A stretch of DNA of 64,000 nt, taken from the IMG/VR virus record IMGVR_UViG_3300035190_000132; one strand, written 5' to 3'. The DNA comes from an uncultured virus (IMG/VR IMGVR_UViG_3300035190_000132). Its lineage: Duplodnaviria > Heunggongvirae > Uroviricota > Caudoviricetes. This document shows, piece after piece, positions 8,035 to 18,358 of the stretch (the first letter of the stretch is position 1; each line of letters begins with the position of its first letter). The position numbers were made by a program, and so were the translations under genes. The notes under the pieces were generated by a model. The model was not told where the DNA came from. It saw nothing but the letters and a program-made list of their open reading frames with translations, and ran no database searches.

Positions 8035-10122
8035 ATGGCACTTAAAAAACTTATACTGAAACCGGGAGTTAACCGGGAGAACACCCGTTATACCAACGAA
8101 GGTGGCTGGTATGAGTCTGACAAAGTGCGGTTCCGCCAAGGCTCGCCTGAAAAGATTGGTGGCTGGGCACGTATATCTGCGTCTACATTCCAAGGTCTGT
8201 GCCGTTCCTTATGGAACTGGATCACGCTAGACAACTTAAACCTAATTGGTGTAGGCACTAACTTAAAGTTTTACCTTGAACTAGGTGGTGAGTACAACGA
8301 TATTACGCCTATTCGCGCTTCGGCTATCCTAAGTAACCCGTTTGCCACAACTAACCTGCTTACCCTAGTTACAGTTACAGACGCAGCCCACGGCGCAATC
8401 ACGGGTGACTTTGTAACGTTTAGCAACGTAGCTCCCGTAGGTGGCCTTGATTTAAACGGTGAGTATTCTATTACTTACGTTGATGCTAATACCTACACTA
8501 TTACAGCTTCTAGCGCGGCTACTTCTACTGTAGCGGCTGGTGGTGGCTCGACTGTTAATGCAATCTATCAAATCAACGTAGGCGATCCATACGAGATTCC
8601 ACTGGCCGGCTGGGGTGCTGGTACGTGGGGCGCAGGAACTTGGGGATTTGGCGGTACATCTACCTCTGCTCTTCGTCTATGGAGCCAGAACAACTTTGGT
8701 GAAGACTTGGTTTATGGTTTCCGTGGTGGCCCAATCTACTACTGGGATGCTGGTTATGGCGTAGACGCTGCCTTAGCTTCAATTACCATAGCTTCTCCTG
8801 CGGTGGTCACTGCCGCTTATAGTTTGCCAAATGGTTCTCCAGTCATACTTACAAACAGCGGGTATCCTGCTGCTTTGCCTACAGGTTTGTCTCCCGGAAC
8901 CATTTACTACGTCATTAACTCTAGTGGCAATACATTTAACCTAGCAGCCACTGTTGGCGGCGCGGCTATTACCACGACAGGAACGCAGTCTGGTGATCAC
9001 TACATCATGCCTAATGGTGTAGACATTGCAAGTTTGGCGGGTGCATCAGACTGCCCAATCATTCAGAACTTTGTATTTGTATCTGACATTAGTCGGTTTG
9101 TTTTTGCGTTTGGCTGTAATGATCTAGGATCTACCACACAAAATCCTATGTTGATTCGCTGGTCGGATCAGGAGTCTGTAGTTAACTGGACACCCTCTGC
9201 TACTAATCAGGCCGGTAGTGTTACGTTGTCTCACGGCTCAAGCATCGTAACTGCCATTCAAACCCGCCAAGAGATTTTGGTGTGGACTGATTCTGCCATT
9301 TATTCTCTCCAATACATTGGCCCGCCAGTGGTTTGGTCTAGCCAGTTGATGGGAGATAACATCTCTATCCTTGGTCAAAACGCAGCGGCTCAAGCTTCTG
9401 GTGTGGTGTACTGGATGGGTGTGGATAAGTTTTATCTGTACGATGGACGTTTGCAAACTTTGCCATGCGACCTTCGCCGGTACGTTTACCAAGACATTAA
9501 CCTCCAGCAAAACCAACAGGTTTTTGCCAGTACAAACGAAGGCTTTAATGAAGTCTGGTGGTTCTATTGCTCGGCTGGCAGTTTAGTTGCCAACCGTTAT
9601 GTGGTGTACAACTACCTTGAGAAAATCTGGTACTACGGCACTATGGAGCGCACAGCTTGGCTTGATTCTGGCCTAAGAGACTTTCCTATTGCCGCTACGT
9701 ACAACTACAACTTGGTCGATCAAGAGTTTGGCTTAGACAATAATGAGACAGGTACGCCCGCAGGTATTGAGGCTTACATCTCATCCTCAGAGTTTGACAT
9801 TGAAGATGGCGAGCACTTTGGTTTTGTTTGGAGAATGCTGCCTGACTTAACGTTCTCAGGCTCAGACGCTTCTCCAACTCCGCAAGTTACGTACACTTTG
9901 TATCCTATGCAGAACTCAGGTTCTGGTACTGGCACGGCGGTAAACAAAGATGTAGATAAATTAACGGGCGCTCAGTACACAGTGACTGAAGGCTTTACAG
10001 GCCAAATTAATACCCGTGTGCGGGGCAGGCAGTTAATCTTGAAGGTTAGTTCAGACAACCTTGGAACAACATGGCAGTTGGGTGCTACCCGTATTGACAT
10101 CAGACCGGACGGCAGACGATGA
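8035..10122 (+). CDS. Tail tubular/nozzle (stabilisation) protein
   Basis: KPGVNRENT..EGGW...DKVRF N-terminus, IRWSDQE, beta-rich; follows the lysis genes and precedes the ejection proteins. Confidence 0.65.
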   Translation: MALKKLILKPGVNRENTRYTNEGGWYESDKVRFRQGSPEKIGGWARISASTFQGLCRSLWNWITLDNLNLIGVGTNLKFYLELGGEYNDITPIRASAILSNPFATTNLLTLVTVTDAAHGAITGDFVTFSNVAPVGGLDLNGEYSITYVDANTYTITASSAATSTVAAGGGSTVNAIYQINVGDPYEIPLAGWGAGTWGAGTWGFGGTSTSALRLWSQNNFGEDLVYGFRGGPIYYWDAGYGVDAALASITIASPAVVTAAYSLPNGSPVILTNSGYPAALPTGLSPGTIYYVINSSGNTFNLAATVGGAAITTTGTQSGDHYIMPNGVDIASLAGASDCPIIQNFVFVSDISRFVFAFGCNDLGSTTQNPMLIRWSDQESVVNWTPSATNQAGSVTLSHGSSIVTAIQTRQEILVWTDSAIYSLQYIGPPVVWSSQLMGDNISILGQNAAAQASGVVYWMGVDKFYLYDGRLQTLPCDLRRYVYQDINLQQNQQVFASTNEGFNEVWWFYCSAGSLVANRYVVYNYLEKIWYYGTMERTAWLDSGLRDFPIAATYNYNLVDQEFGLDNNETGTPAGIEAYISSSEFDIEDGEHFGFVWRMLPDLTFSGSDASPTPQVTYTLYPMQNSGSGTGTAVNKDVDKLTGAQYTVTEGFTGQINTRVRGRQLILKVSSDNLGTTWQLGATRIDIRPDGRR

Positions 10123-10466
10123 GCTTTCTTGTTACCACCGACTTTGAACTAAACAAGGTAGCCGCGCCTAATCTGCCGTTGCCTCCAACGGAATACGACC
10201 GCGTGTATTTTGATCAGATGCTAAACATTTTGCGTCTGTATTTTAATAGGCTTGATGCTTTAACAACTCAGTTAATGACTTCTGGCGTAGTGCCTCCCTT
10301 GGTTAATTACACTGTGGCTACGCTACCCAGCGCGGTCACTTCTGGTAAGGGCGCAAGGTCTTTTGTAACAGATGCTTTAGGCCCAACGTTTGGGGCAACC
10401 GTGGTAACTGGCGGGGCAGTAGCTGTGCCCGTTTACTCAGATGGAACTAATTGGAAGGTCGGATGA
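10119..10466 (+). CDS. Virion-associated hypothetical protein
   Basis: PNLPLPP..YD, LRLYFN, VYSDGTNW. Confidence 0.55.
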   Translation: MSFLVTTDFELNKVAAPNLPLPPTEYDRVYFDQMLNILRLYFNRLDALTTQLMTSGVVPPLVNYTVATLPSAVTSGKGARSFVTDALGPTFGATVVTGGAVAVPVYSDGTNWKVG

Positions 10467-13400
10467 TGCCAGTTGATTATTTTGCACAACAATTTGGAAA
10501 AGATGTATTTGAAGATACATCGCCTGCAACTCCAGCCCCCATACCTACACCCGTGGCAACTACACCAGCTCCTGTAGCGTTGCCTTCTCCAGCGCCGCCA
10601 GCAATGACGGTTAACGATCTGTACACGCAGTATCTTGGCCGAGCTCCTGATGAAGGCGGTCTTCAGTATTGGCAAGGTGCGTTTGGTACGGGCGTTGTAA
10701 CACCAGAACAGCAAGCCAGCTTTATGCAAGCGGCTCAAGGAGAGCTGGCCAATCGCTCTGTAACTGAACAACAGCAGTTAGCTCCCAACCTTGTAAACAA
10801 TCAAACAGTAACCAACCTGTCTCCTCAAGGCGTTCAAAAACGAATTATTGATGAGGAACAAAAGCGAGCTATAACTGAGGGTCGTAGCATTGTAAGTGAC
10901 GGGATTGCATCTCTTCCGCCAAAACCAATAGACACAGGTGGAGAAGGTTTTAAAAATGATATTGACTTTTCCCATCACACGGTTGGAGGTATGTTTAGGC
11001 CTGTTGATTTAGGAAATGGAACGTTTAGAACTGCAAACGGAAGCCTCATTGATAAAGAGGGCTACCCAGTTACAGATGTTGCTTCGTTATACCAACAGTA
11101 CCTTGGCCGAGCCCCTGATTCACAGAGCGTAATAGATTATTGGAAGAAAGAGTTTGGTGATTCTTTAGACCCATCTGAAATTGCTAGATTTGAAGCTGCT
11201 GCAAACACTGAAAAAACCAATACAAAAGCAGTTAATGATTTGTATGCGTCTATTGGCCGTACTGGAATGGGCACTGAAATCAACCAAATTGATCAAGGTG
11301 GGTTTGAATACTGGAATAAGATTGCCGGCTCTGGACTAACACCAGAACAACTAAAACAAAGATTTAACACGGAAGTTAACCAGTTTTTAATTGACAGGAA
11401 AGATGATCCCTATTCAAAATTTGTAGCGCCTACTTTTCTTAAGTCAATTACAGACACCATTGCTAAAGACACAACGCTGTCGGCTTTTGACAAGAACAAC
11501 AAGATCTTTGAAACTGCTCAGTCTTATGGCATGGATGACGCCGCTATTGACAAAGCTTTTGGCAAAGAAGCTGCTGATGCATATCGTAAGGATTACGGCA
11601 GTCAGATTAAATCTTTTATTACAACCTCACTGGCCAAGGATGAGGGCACTACATTTGATGAAATAGCCACCATTAAGAATGAATCCCGGACTCGAGGTCT
11701 TGATGCGTCAGAAATAGCCAAGTACTCTGGTTTAAAAAAAGACGGGGTAGATTCCCTGTTTGATGCTTACGACAAGGGTCTTGCTAACCTTGCCAAGGGT
11801 TTTGAGGAGGCTAAGACTAAGGCTGGTACAGACGCTACAGCCCTGTCCGAAGCTGAAGCCAACAAAGCCAAGACCATGCTGGCACTCCAAAGCCAGTACA
11901 AAGTCACAGATGAAGACCTTGCCAAAGCTGGAAACACCACAGTCAAGGCAGTCCAAGACTACTTAAACCCTGTTAAAGAAGCTCCAAAGACTCTTGAAGC
12001 TTTGATGAACGACACCAAAATGTCGGCGGCAGAGATCAGGGCAAAGATTGAAGAACTTAAAACCAACCCAGCCGTTGATGGAATTTACGGCGCGGCTTTG
12101 CAAAAGTTCAGCGAAAAGGCTGCTAAGGATTACTCTGGTTCATACGGCGGCAAGAACTACGAAAGCCTAAACCCTATTGCTGTTAGTACGGTTCTAGAAC
12201 AGCTCAAAGCCCAGCAAGCCGCTGGCACAGCTCAGTACTACCAAGGTGGGGCTAGTGGGGGTAAGAAGGGCGGCTTTGGATCGTTGGATGCAATGACTGA
12301 AGACATGGCCAAGAACCTTGTTGCGGCTGGTATTACTGACATTCGCCAAGTTGGTGAAATTCCTGTTTATACGCCTGTAGAAGAAATGTATAAAACGTAC
12401 AACGGGAAACAAATTCGCACCCAAACTGATGAGGACGGCAAAACTTCTAGTTATATTTACGAGCCTACAGGGAAAATGGTAACGGGTAGTTATGGAGACG
12501 GCGGAGATTACGAATACCCTGAAATGCGTATGGTTGCGGTTCCCAAGGATGCAAAACTTGAATCTGTGTATGGTCTTTCTAAAGATGGTGGTGAGTATGG
12601 TAGCTACCTTGAACCAGTTGACTCATCAAAATTAACAAAAGATAAAAATGGAAAAATAGTTACCCAAACTAGCACAGCGGCTGGTAACAAAGTCACTGGT
12701 GAATTACTATCCAAGGCATCCAATTATGCCGAACGCACTGGTGGTAACTCTTGGTCTGGCACGTTCAGGGGTAAAGGCAACACCGGCTACAACGTCCAGT
12801 TTAAAGACGGCAACCCTATTTTTTATACAAGTGGCGCGTCTAGCAGTGATATGGGGCAGCTTGCACCACTCTTGGCCGTAGCATCGTTCATTCCCGGTGT
12901 TGCACCATTTGCACAGGCCATTAATGCGCTTTATGCGGCAAGCGAAGGTAACTGGAAGCAGGCTTTGTTAAGCGCGCTACCTGTGGGCGGAGAGATTGCA
13001 AAGACGCTTGGCGCTAGTGCAGGAACGTTGTCTAACATTGGTACGGCTTCTAAGATTGCCAACGTGGCAAATGCTATTGACAACAAAGATATTTTGGGTC
13101 TGGCCATGAGTGGCGCGGGTTTAGCTTCCGATAAGAATTTGTTTGGCCCAGATGCGTTTAATCCTAGCGCAAATGTTGTTGGCAACTTATCAACCAAAGA
13201 CTTATTGTCTGGCGCGTCTATTGCCAAGGCTATTGAAAACAAAGATCTGACATCATTGGCAAATATTGGCGCCCAGATGTCTGGAAGCTCGGATGCCGTT
13301 ACAGCTGCAAAAGGTTTGTCTTTGATAAAAGCTTTGGAGTCTAAGAACCCCATGGCTGCTATTGCTCAAGTAGCTTCACAGTTGAACTTAAACAAAGACG

Positions 13401-13585
13401 TAATTGGTAAGGCCGGCGGGGGTCTTGCATCATTACCCGGCTTGATAAAGAATGGTGGCAAGGATACACTTACAGATAAGACTGCCTTTGATGGGCTTGG
13501 TGGTAGCTTGGTGGCAAAATTGCTTAATCAGCAGCCTCCAGCAATCCGTGAAGCAATGTTGAAAAAAATGACACAAGCGGCTTAA
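10463..13585 (+). CDS. Large internal virion protein with DUF4214-like repeats
   Basis: Repeats LYTQYLGRAPDEGGLQYW / LYQQYLGRAPD..IDYW / LYASIGR..GGFEYW; Ala/Gly-rich C-terminus. Confidence 0.6.
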   Translation: MMPVDYFAQQFGKDVFEDTSPATPAPIPTPVATTPAPVALPSPAPPAMTVNDLYTQYLGRAPDEGGLQYWQGAFGTGVVTPEQQASFMQAAQGELANRSVTEQQQLAPNLVNNQTVTNLSPQGVQKRIIDEEQKRAITEGRSIVSDGIASLPPKPIDTGGEGFKNDIDFSHHTVGGMFRPVDLGNGTFRTANGSLIDKEGYPVTDVASLYQQYLGRAPDSQSVIDYWKKEFGDSLDPSEIARFEAAANTEKTNTKAVNDLYASIGRTGMGTEINQIDQGGFEYWNKIAGSGLTPEQLKQRFNTEVNQFLIDRKDDPYSKFVAPTFLKSITDTIAKDTTLSAFDKNNKIFETAQSYGMDDAAIDKAFGKEAADAYRKDYGSQIKSFITTSLAKDEGTTFDEIATIKNESRTRGLDASEIAKYSGLKKDGVDSLFDAYDKGLANLAKGFEEAKTKAGTDATALSEAEANKAKTMLALQSQYKVTDEDLAKAGNTTVKAVQDYLNPVKEAPKTLEALMNDTKMSAAEIRAKIEELKTNPAVDGIYGAALQKFSEKAAKDYSGSYGGKNYESLNPIAVSTVLEQLKAQQAAGTAQYYQGGASGGKKGGFGSLDAMTEDMAKNLVAAGITDIRQVGEIPVYTPVEEMYKTYNGKQIRTQTDEDGKTSSYIYEPTGKMVTGSYGDGGDYEYPEMRMVAVPKDAKLESVYGLSKDGGEYGSYLEPVDSSKLTKDKNGKIVTQTSTAAGNKVTGELLSKASNYAERTGGNSWSGTFRGKGNTGYNVQFKDGNPIFYTSGASSSDMGQLAPLLAVASFIPGVAPFAQAINALYAASEGNWKQALLSALPVGGEIAKTLGASAGTLSNIGTASKIANVANAIDNKDILGLAMSGAGLASDKNLFGPDAFNPSANVVGNLSTKDLLSGASIAKAIENKDLTSLANIGAQMSGSSDAVTAAKGLSLIKALESKNPMAAIAQVASQLNLNKDVIGKAGGGLASLPGLIKNGGKDTLTDKTAFDGLGGSLVAKLLNQQPPAIREAMLKKMTQAA

Positions 13586-13586
13586 T

Positions 13587-14285
13587 ATGGATGAAGAATA
13601 CAACTTTGACGATATGCTTGACAGCTACGGCGGTCAGGAAACAATGCCGTCTAATTTTGACTTTGGCAGTATGGACTTCACGCCCAACTTGCTTAACTTG
13701 CCCGACATGGCTCCGGTCAACTACGCCATGCCAACGGTTGATATGAGTCAATATAACTTTGGCTCTTTGGATGCAGGCCCAGCGGCCACACAGTTGTCCA
13801 GTGTAGATCAGGCTTACTTGAACCAGCTCAATGGAAGTATGCCGGCTCAAAAGGGCTTTATGGATTACGCCAAGGAGTATGGGCCTTATCTAATGTCGCC
13901 CAATCCTCTAGCAGCTATTTTGATTGATAAATTGTCTGGTGTTGTAGGTAATGCTATTGGCGGCAAAGAAGGCCAGTTGGCTCAAACTGGAACGTCCAGC
14001 TTGTTAAGCGGGGCAACTCCCCAGCAAGCACTGATCAATACGGCACTGTCAGAAGCTGGCGGTAGGACGGCTGAAGGTATCTCAAGCTTACTGCCTAAGA
14101 GTGAGAACCCGTCACTGGTTGAAGAGTATTTAAGTAAGGCGGCTCCTAATGTGGGGGCTCAATTGGTAGCGGCGTTATTGACTGGTAACACAGGATCACT
14201 AGCACCAATGGTCAGAAATTCTTTGTTAGGTACCGGCAAGAACATGGCGGCTAACAGGGTGTTTGGCTCATTAACTGGAGATTGA
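13587..14285 (+). CDS. Putative internal virion protein
   Basis: Long ORF in the ejection-protein cluster; acidic N-terminus, Ala/Gly/Leu-rich C-terminus. Confidence 0.6.
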   Translation: MDEEYNFDDMLDSYGGQETMPSNFDFGSMDFTPNLLNLPDMAPVNYAMPTVDMSQYNFGSLDAGPAATQLSSVDQAYLNQLNGSMPAQKGFMDYAKEYGPYLMSPNPLAAILIDKLSGVVGNAIGGKEGQLAQTGTSSLLSGATPQQALINTALSEAGGRTAEGISSLLPKSENPSLVEEYLSKAAPNVGAQLVAALLTGNTGSLAPMVRNSLLGTGKNMAANRVFGSLTGD

Positions 14286-14286
14286 T

Positions 14287-15816
14287 ATGGGTGACGAATT
14301 TGATTTTGGTAGCCTAGACGCTGGCGAGGGTGCTTTTGATATTTCCAGCTTTTTGGGCGGTGACAGTGGGATTGACTTTGGGTCTTTAGATGCTGGCCCC
14401 GGCGCCATGGATCTGTCCGGCCTTGAGGGCATTGACCTATCTGCTTTAGTGGGTGGCGATAGTGGGATTGACTTATCTGGCATAGATTTAGGCCCAGAAG
14501 CTTTTGATATTGCCAGCTTGTTGGGTGGTGATACAGAAGCGTTAAACCGTAGCCTTGGCTCAAAAAGAGTCAACCTTGATGAGTATGAAAGAAATCTCCT
14601 AGGCCCCGGTGACTTTGATCAAGCAGCTCCTCCAGCAAATATTGCAGAGCTTTTGACTTCAATGAACCCTAGTTCAGCTGAGAATCTTGCAGCTACAGAC
14701 TTTAATGCTTTGTATAACGAAGGCTTAACGGATGAGCAAATTGCTAACCGTGAAAAGCAAATGGACTTTTACAAGGATAAAACCCAAGACTTTGGCGGCG
14801 CTGATGTCATGCAGTACTTTGACGAGTACGACAGGAACATGACCGACATCATGCGAGACAAGGGCGGGTTTACCAGTCAGTGGCAAGATGTTGGCGGCAA
14901 CAAGGTCATGATCAATGATGACCCGGTTGGCGGAAGTACAGCTACAGTTTATAACCCAACCACTGAAAAAACATCGTATTTAAACGAAGCTCAGACCCAA
15001 GCGTTAATTGCTAACGGCACCCTTAATACCAAAGGTTCCGGTTACGTGGATGCAACGGGCGGCAAAGGCTATGTTCCCGGTGGCGGCAAAACTATTACCA
15101 ATGCTGACGGCACAAAGACCGTTATCACTGGTGACGGAAAAGTTTTAAAAGTTGATAAAGACGGAACAGTCACTGATACTGGGAAGAAGGTTGACGTTAA
15201 CGATAAAAGAATTGAAACAGATACCAAAAAAATTATTAAAGACGCAGTAACAACTAAAACACCAACAACACCTAAAACACCAACTGGCAAAAAAGACAAC
15301 AACAATATGCTCATGGCATTGTTGGCTTTGATGGCCATGATGAATAAGGGTGGCGGTGGCTCCAAGGGTTCAAGTGGGACAATCCCATCTTTACAGGCCA
15401 ATCGTACACAACTTCCATACGGCCCAATATCTGGTTCACAGGCGCGTCCCGGAGCTGGTGGAACTACTTACTTCTCACCCACCACCTATACACAGCGAGC
15501 CGCTGGCGGTGGAATGATGTATGGCGGTGGTGGCATCTCTGATCTGGGTGGTTACTCAGATGGTGGACGTTTACTACGTGGCCCCGGTGACGGCGTATCA
15601 GATTCAATTCCTGCGACAATCGGTGGTAAACAACCAGCCCGCTTGGCAGAAGGTGAGTTTGTTGTACCAGCAAGAGTTGTATCTGAACTAGGTAACGGCT
15701 CTACAAACGCAGGCGCTCAGAAGCTTTACGACATGATGGATCGTGTTCAAGGCGCGCGCCGCAAGACTAAAAACGTAGCTGCTGATACAAAAGCACACAA
15801 ATACTTACCCGCTTAA
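14287..15816 (+). CDS. Putative internal virion protein
   Basis: DFGSLDAG / GGDSGID repeats; C-terminal GPGDGVSDSIPA...LAEGEFVVPA..V..LGNGS domain. Confidence 0.65.
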   Translation: MGDEFDFGSLDAGEGAFDISSFLGGDSGIDFGSLDAGPGAMDLSGLEGIDLSALVGGDSGIDLSGIDLGPEAFDIASLLGGDTEALNRSLGSKRVNLDEYERNLLGPGDFDQAAPPANIAELLTSMNPSSAENLAATDFNALYNEGLTDEQIANREKQMDFYKDKTQDFGGADVMQYFDEYDRNMTDIMRDKGGFTSQWQDVGGNKVMINDDPVGGSTATVYNPTTEKTSYLNEAQTQALIANGTLNTKGSGYVDATGGKGYVPGGGKTITNADGTKTVITGDGKVLKVDKDGTVTDTGKKVDVNDKRIETDTKKIIKDAVTTKTPTTPKTPTGKKDNNNMLMALLALMAMMNKGGGGSKGSSGTIPSLQANRTQLPYGPISGSQARPGAGGTTYFSPTTYTQRAAGGGMMYGGGGISDLGGYSDGGRLLRGPGDGVSDSIPATIGGKQPARLAEGEFVVPARVVSELGNGSTNAGAQKLYDMMDRVQGARRKTKNVAADTKAHKYLPA

Positions 15817-15825
15817 GGAGCTGTT

Positions 15826-16806
15826 ATGGCCGGAGAAACCCTACCCACAGGATCGACAAACACCCAAGGCCTAGCCGATTGGGCTTCGCCGTACATCACC
15901 AACTACTTGGGACAGGCTCAAGCCCTATCCCAGTCACCCTATCAGACCTACCAAGGGCCACTGACTGCTGGCGCGTCTAACCTACAGAACACGGCTTTCC
16001 AAGGTCTTGGCTCTTTGACTGTCCCATCGAGCATTGGAACTGCGGCCACTACGGCTGGCACGATTGGCACAACAGCTCAAGGCCTGAACTACACGCCTAC
16101 GACTCAATCGTTCGATGCCACTCAGGCTCAGAACTACATGAACCCGTATCTGCAGGCTGCACTTAATCCTCAACTTGATGAAGCCCGCCGTCAGTCTCAG
16201 ATTACCCAACAGCAGAACGCCGCCAAAATGACTCAGGCCGGTGGGTTTGGTGGATCTCGTCAGGCTATCCTTGATGCAGAGACACAGCGTAACCTTGCCA
16301 ACACACAAGCTAACATTACTGGCCAAGGCTATAGCAGCGCATTTAACAATGCACAACAGCAGTTTAACGCTGACCAGCAACGCAAAATGCAAGAAGCTCA
16401 GTATGGTGCTGGCTTTGGCTTGCAAGGCCTACAGACGGGCTTACAGGCGGCTCAAGCTCAAGGTAACTTGGGTAACATTGCGAACCAAGCAAACCTCAGC
16501 AATCTGCAACAACAGCTTGCAGGCGGAGCACAAGAGCGCGGCATTACTGCTGAAGGCGTGGCTGCTGATCTGGCTGAGTTTGAGAAGCAACGTCAGTATC
16601 CATACCAACAAGTACAGTTTCAGCGTGACATGATCTCTGGTCTACCCACTGGATCTGTACAAAATACACCCGGCCAGATGTCTGGTATTGGATCACTGTT
16701 ATCAGTGCTAGGCGGTGGCACGGCGGCGGCTAGTGCATTAGGATACAAAAACGTAGGCGATTTATTAACCAGCCTCGGTCTTGATTTAGGACAGAAGACA
16801 TCATGA
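15826..16806 (+). CDS. DNA pilot/ejection-type protein
   Basis: Gln/Ala/Gly-rich; YMNPY and GGFGGSRQ motifs. Confidence 0.65.
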   Translation: MAGETLPTGSTNTQGLADWASPYITNYLGQAQALSQSPYQTYQGPLTAGASNLQNTAFQGLGSLTVPSSIGTAATTAGTIGTTAQGLNYTPTTQSFDATQAQNYMNPYLQAALNPQLDEARRQSQITQQQNAAKMTQAGGFGGSRQAILDAETQRNLANTQANITGQGYSSAFNNAQQQFNADQQRKMQEAQYGAGFGLQGLQTGLQAAQAQGNLGNIANQANLSNLQQQLAGGAQERGITAEGVAADLAEFEKQRQYPYQQVQFQRDMISGLPTGSVQNTPGQMSGIGSLLSVLGGGTAAASALGYKNVGDLLTSLGLDLGQKTS

Positions 16807-18344
16807 ATCTCATTCAAATCCAAGAGCACTTAAAAGATCTGCCAACACCGGCGATCATGGCTTACGCTAATGGGCAGAACCCGCAGGTTCCCCCGTACAT
16901 GGCTCTTGGCGAAATGAACCGCCGAAAGTCTATGGAGCAACGCGCAGCTCAAGCACCTGATTCTTCTGTTAAAGAGAAGCTTGAGAGCGAGCTTAACCAG
17001 CAAGTGGCACTTCCCGGCGTTGGTCAGGGTATGAACATGAGGATGAATCCTGCAGGGATGCCCCGTCCTATGCCTGCAGTACAGCCCCAGATGGCTCCTC
17101 AGATGCAACCCATGCAAGTGCCGCCAGCAGCTCGGCCTATGCCCCCACAACAAATGTCACGACCCGGCTCTATTCCAGCTGGCGCACCCGGCATGGCTGG
17201 TGGTGGATTGGCTAATCTGCCTATCAGCAATCGTATGTTTAACTACGCGCCCGGCGGTATTGTGGCGTTTGCTGGCCCTGATGAGCAGTTGGTTCTACCT
17301 CCCGGCGAATCTGTGTCAGGCACATACTCAGATGAACAGACTGCTGACAAACTCCCTGTAGGTTTGGCCAACAAGATTTTGATGGATCGTTTGCAAGGTA
17401 AAACAGATCTGCCCGAGCCAGTTAGCCGTGATCAAGTTCGCGCTGAAGTGTTGGCCAAGAACCCACAGCTTGCCGGCATTATTGACAAAATCCCCGGCGA
17501 TACATTAACTAAGTTGGCCGCCCAGCTTGAGCTGCAGAACACAGCCCAACGCTCTAGGTTCCAAGAAGGTGAAGGCCGGCAAGGTCTTGCCGCTTTATCG
17601 CAGGCTTTGATTTCCGCTGGTGAAGCTACCCGTGGCCAAAAGGGTATGGGAGGCATTGGAGCCGCATTTGGTGGCTTTGGTAAGTCTTATAACGCTGCTA
17701 CTGCCGCACAAGAAGAACGTGCCGCTAAACAACAGGCTATGGAACGTGCTCAGACTATTGAGACAATGAAGCTCCAAGCGGATATTGAGCAAATGCAACG
17801 TGCGTTTGCTGAAGGCCGTGTTGATGAAGCCATGAAGCTCAAAGAGCAGATCAATACCCGTAAGGCTAAGATTGAAGAGCTCAAAGGCACTGGCGCTACA
17901 GAGGTTCTTAATCAAGCTGACAAACTGGCCCAGCGCGCAGCTCAAGAAGCGCGCTACAAGGCACAGGAAGCGCATGAGAAGCGTATGTACGACCAGACCA
18001 AACGTACTGCAGACAAACCCTCAAGGTTCCAAGAAGAGCTTGCGCTTTTGCGTAAAGATCCAGATCTGTTTAGGCAAATGCAAGGGCAAGCTAAGTCTGG
18101 AACTTTGACGTTTGAAGATGCTATGAGAATTCTTGTAAAAGATAATCCGGGCGTAGATATGGAAGAATTAGCGCAAACGGCGCAAAAAATGGTTAGTGCT
18201 GCAAAATTAGTTCAATCTGGACAAATTATTCCAGAACCCACAAAACCACCCGTAGATACACGAACATTTTTGGATAAAATTTCAGGTAGACCAGCTCCCG
18301 GAACCATTCCTCCGCTACCAGCTGGTTTTACTCCTGTTAAATAA
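16803..18344 (+). CDS. Putative internal virion protein
   Basis: Pro/Met/Gln-rich N-terminus, YAPGGIVAFA, coiled coil. Confidence 0.6.
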   Translation: MNLIQIQEHLKDLPTPAIMAYANGQNPQVPPYMALGEMNRRKSMEQRAAQAPDSSVKEKLESELNQQVALPGVGQGMNMRMNPAGMPRPMPAVQPQMAPQMQPMQVPPAARPMPPQQMSRPGSIPAGAPGMAGGGLANLPISNRMFNYAPGGIVAFAGPDEQLVLPPGESVSGTYSDEQTADKLPVGLANKILMDRLQGKTDLPEPVSRDQVRAEVLAKNPQLAGIIDKIPGDTLTKLAAQLELQNTAQRSRFQEGEGRQGLAALSQALISAGEATRGQKGMGGIGAAFGGFGKSYNAATAAQEERAAKQQAMERAQTIETMKLQADIEQMQRAFAEGRVDEAMKLKEQINTRKAKIEELKGTGATEVLNQADKLAQRAAQEARYKAQEAHEKRMYDQTKRTADKPSRFQEELALLRKDPDLFRQMQGQAKSGTLTFEDAMRILVKDNPGVDMEELAQTAQKMVSAAKLVQSGQIIPEPTKPPVDTRTFLDKISGRPAPGTIPPLPAGFTPVK

Positions 18345-18358
18345 TTTAGGATTTCATT

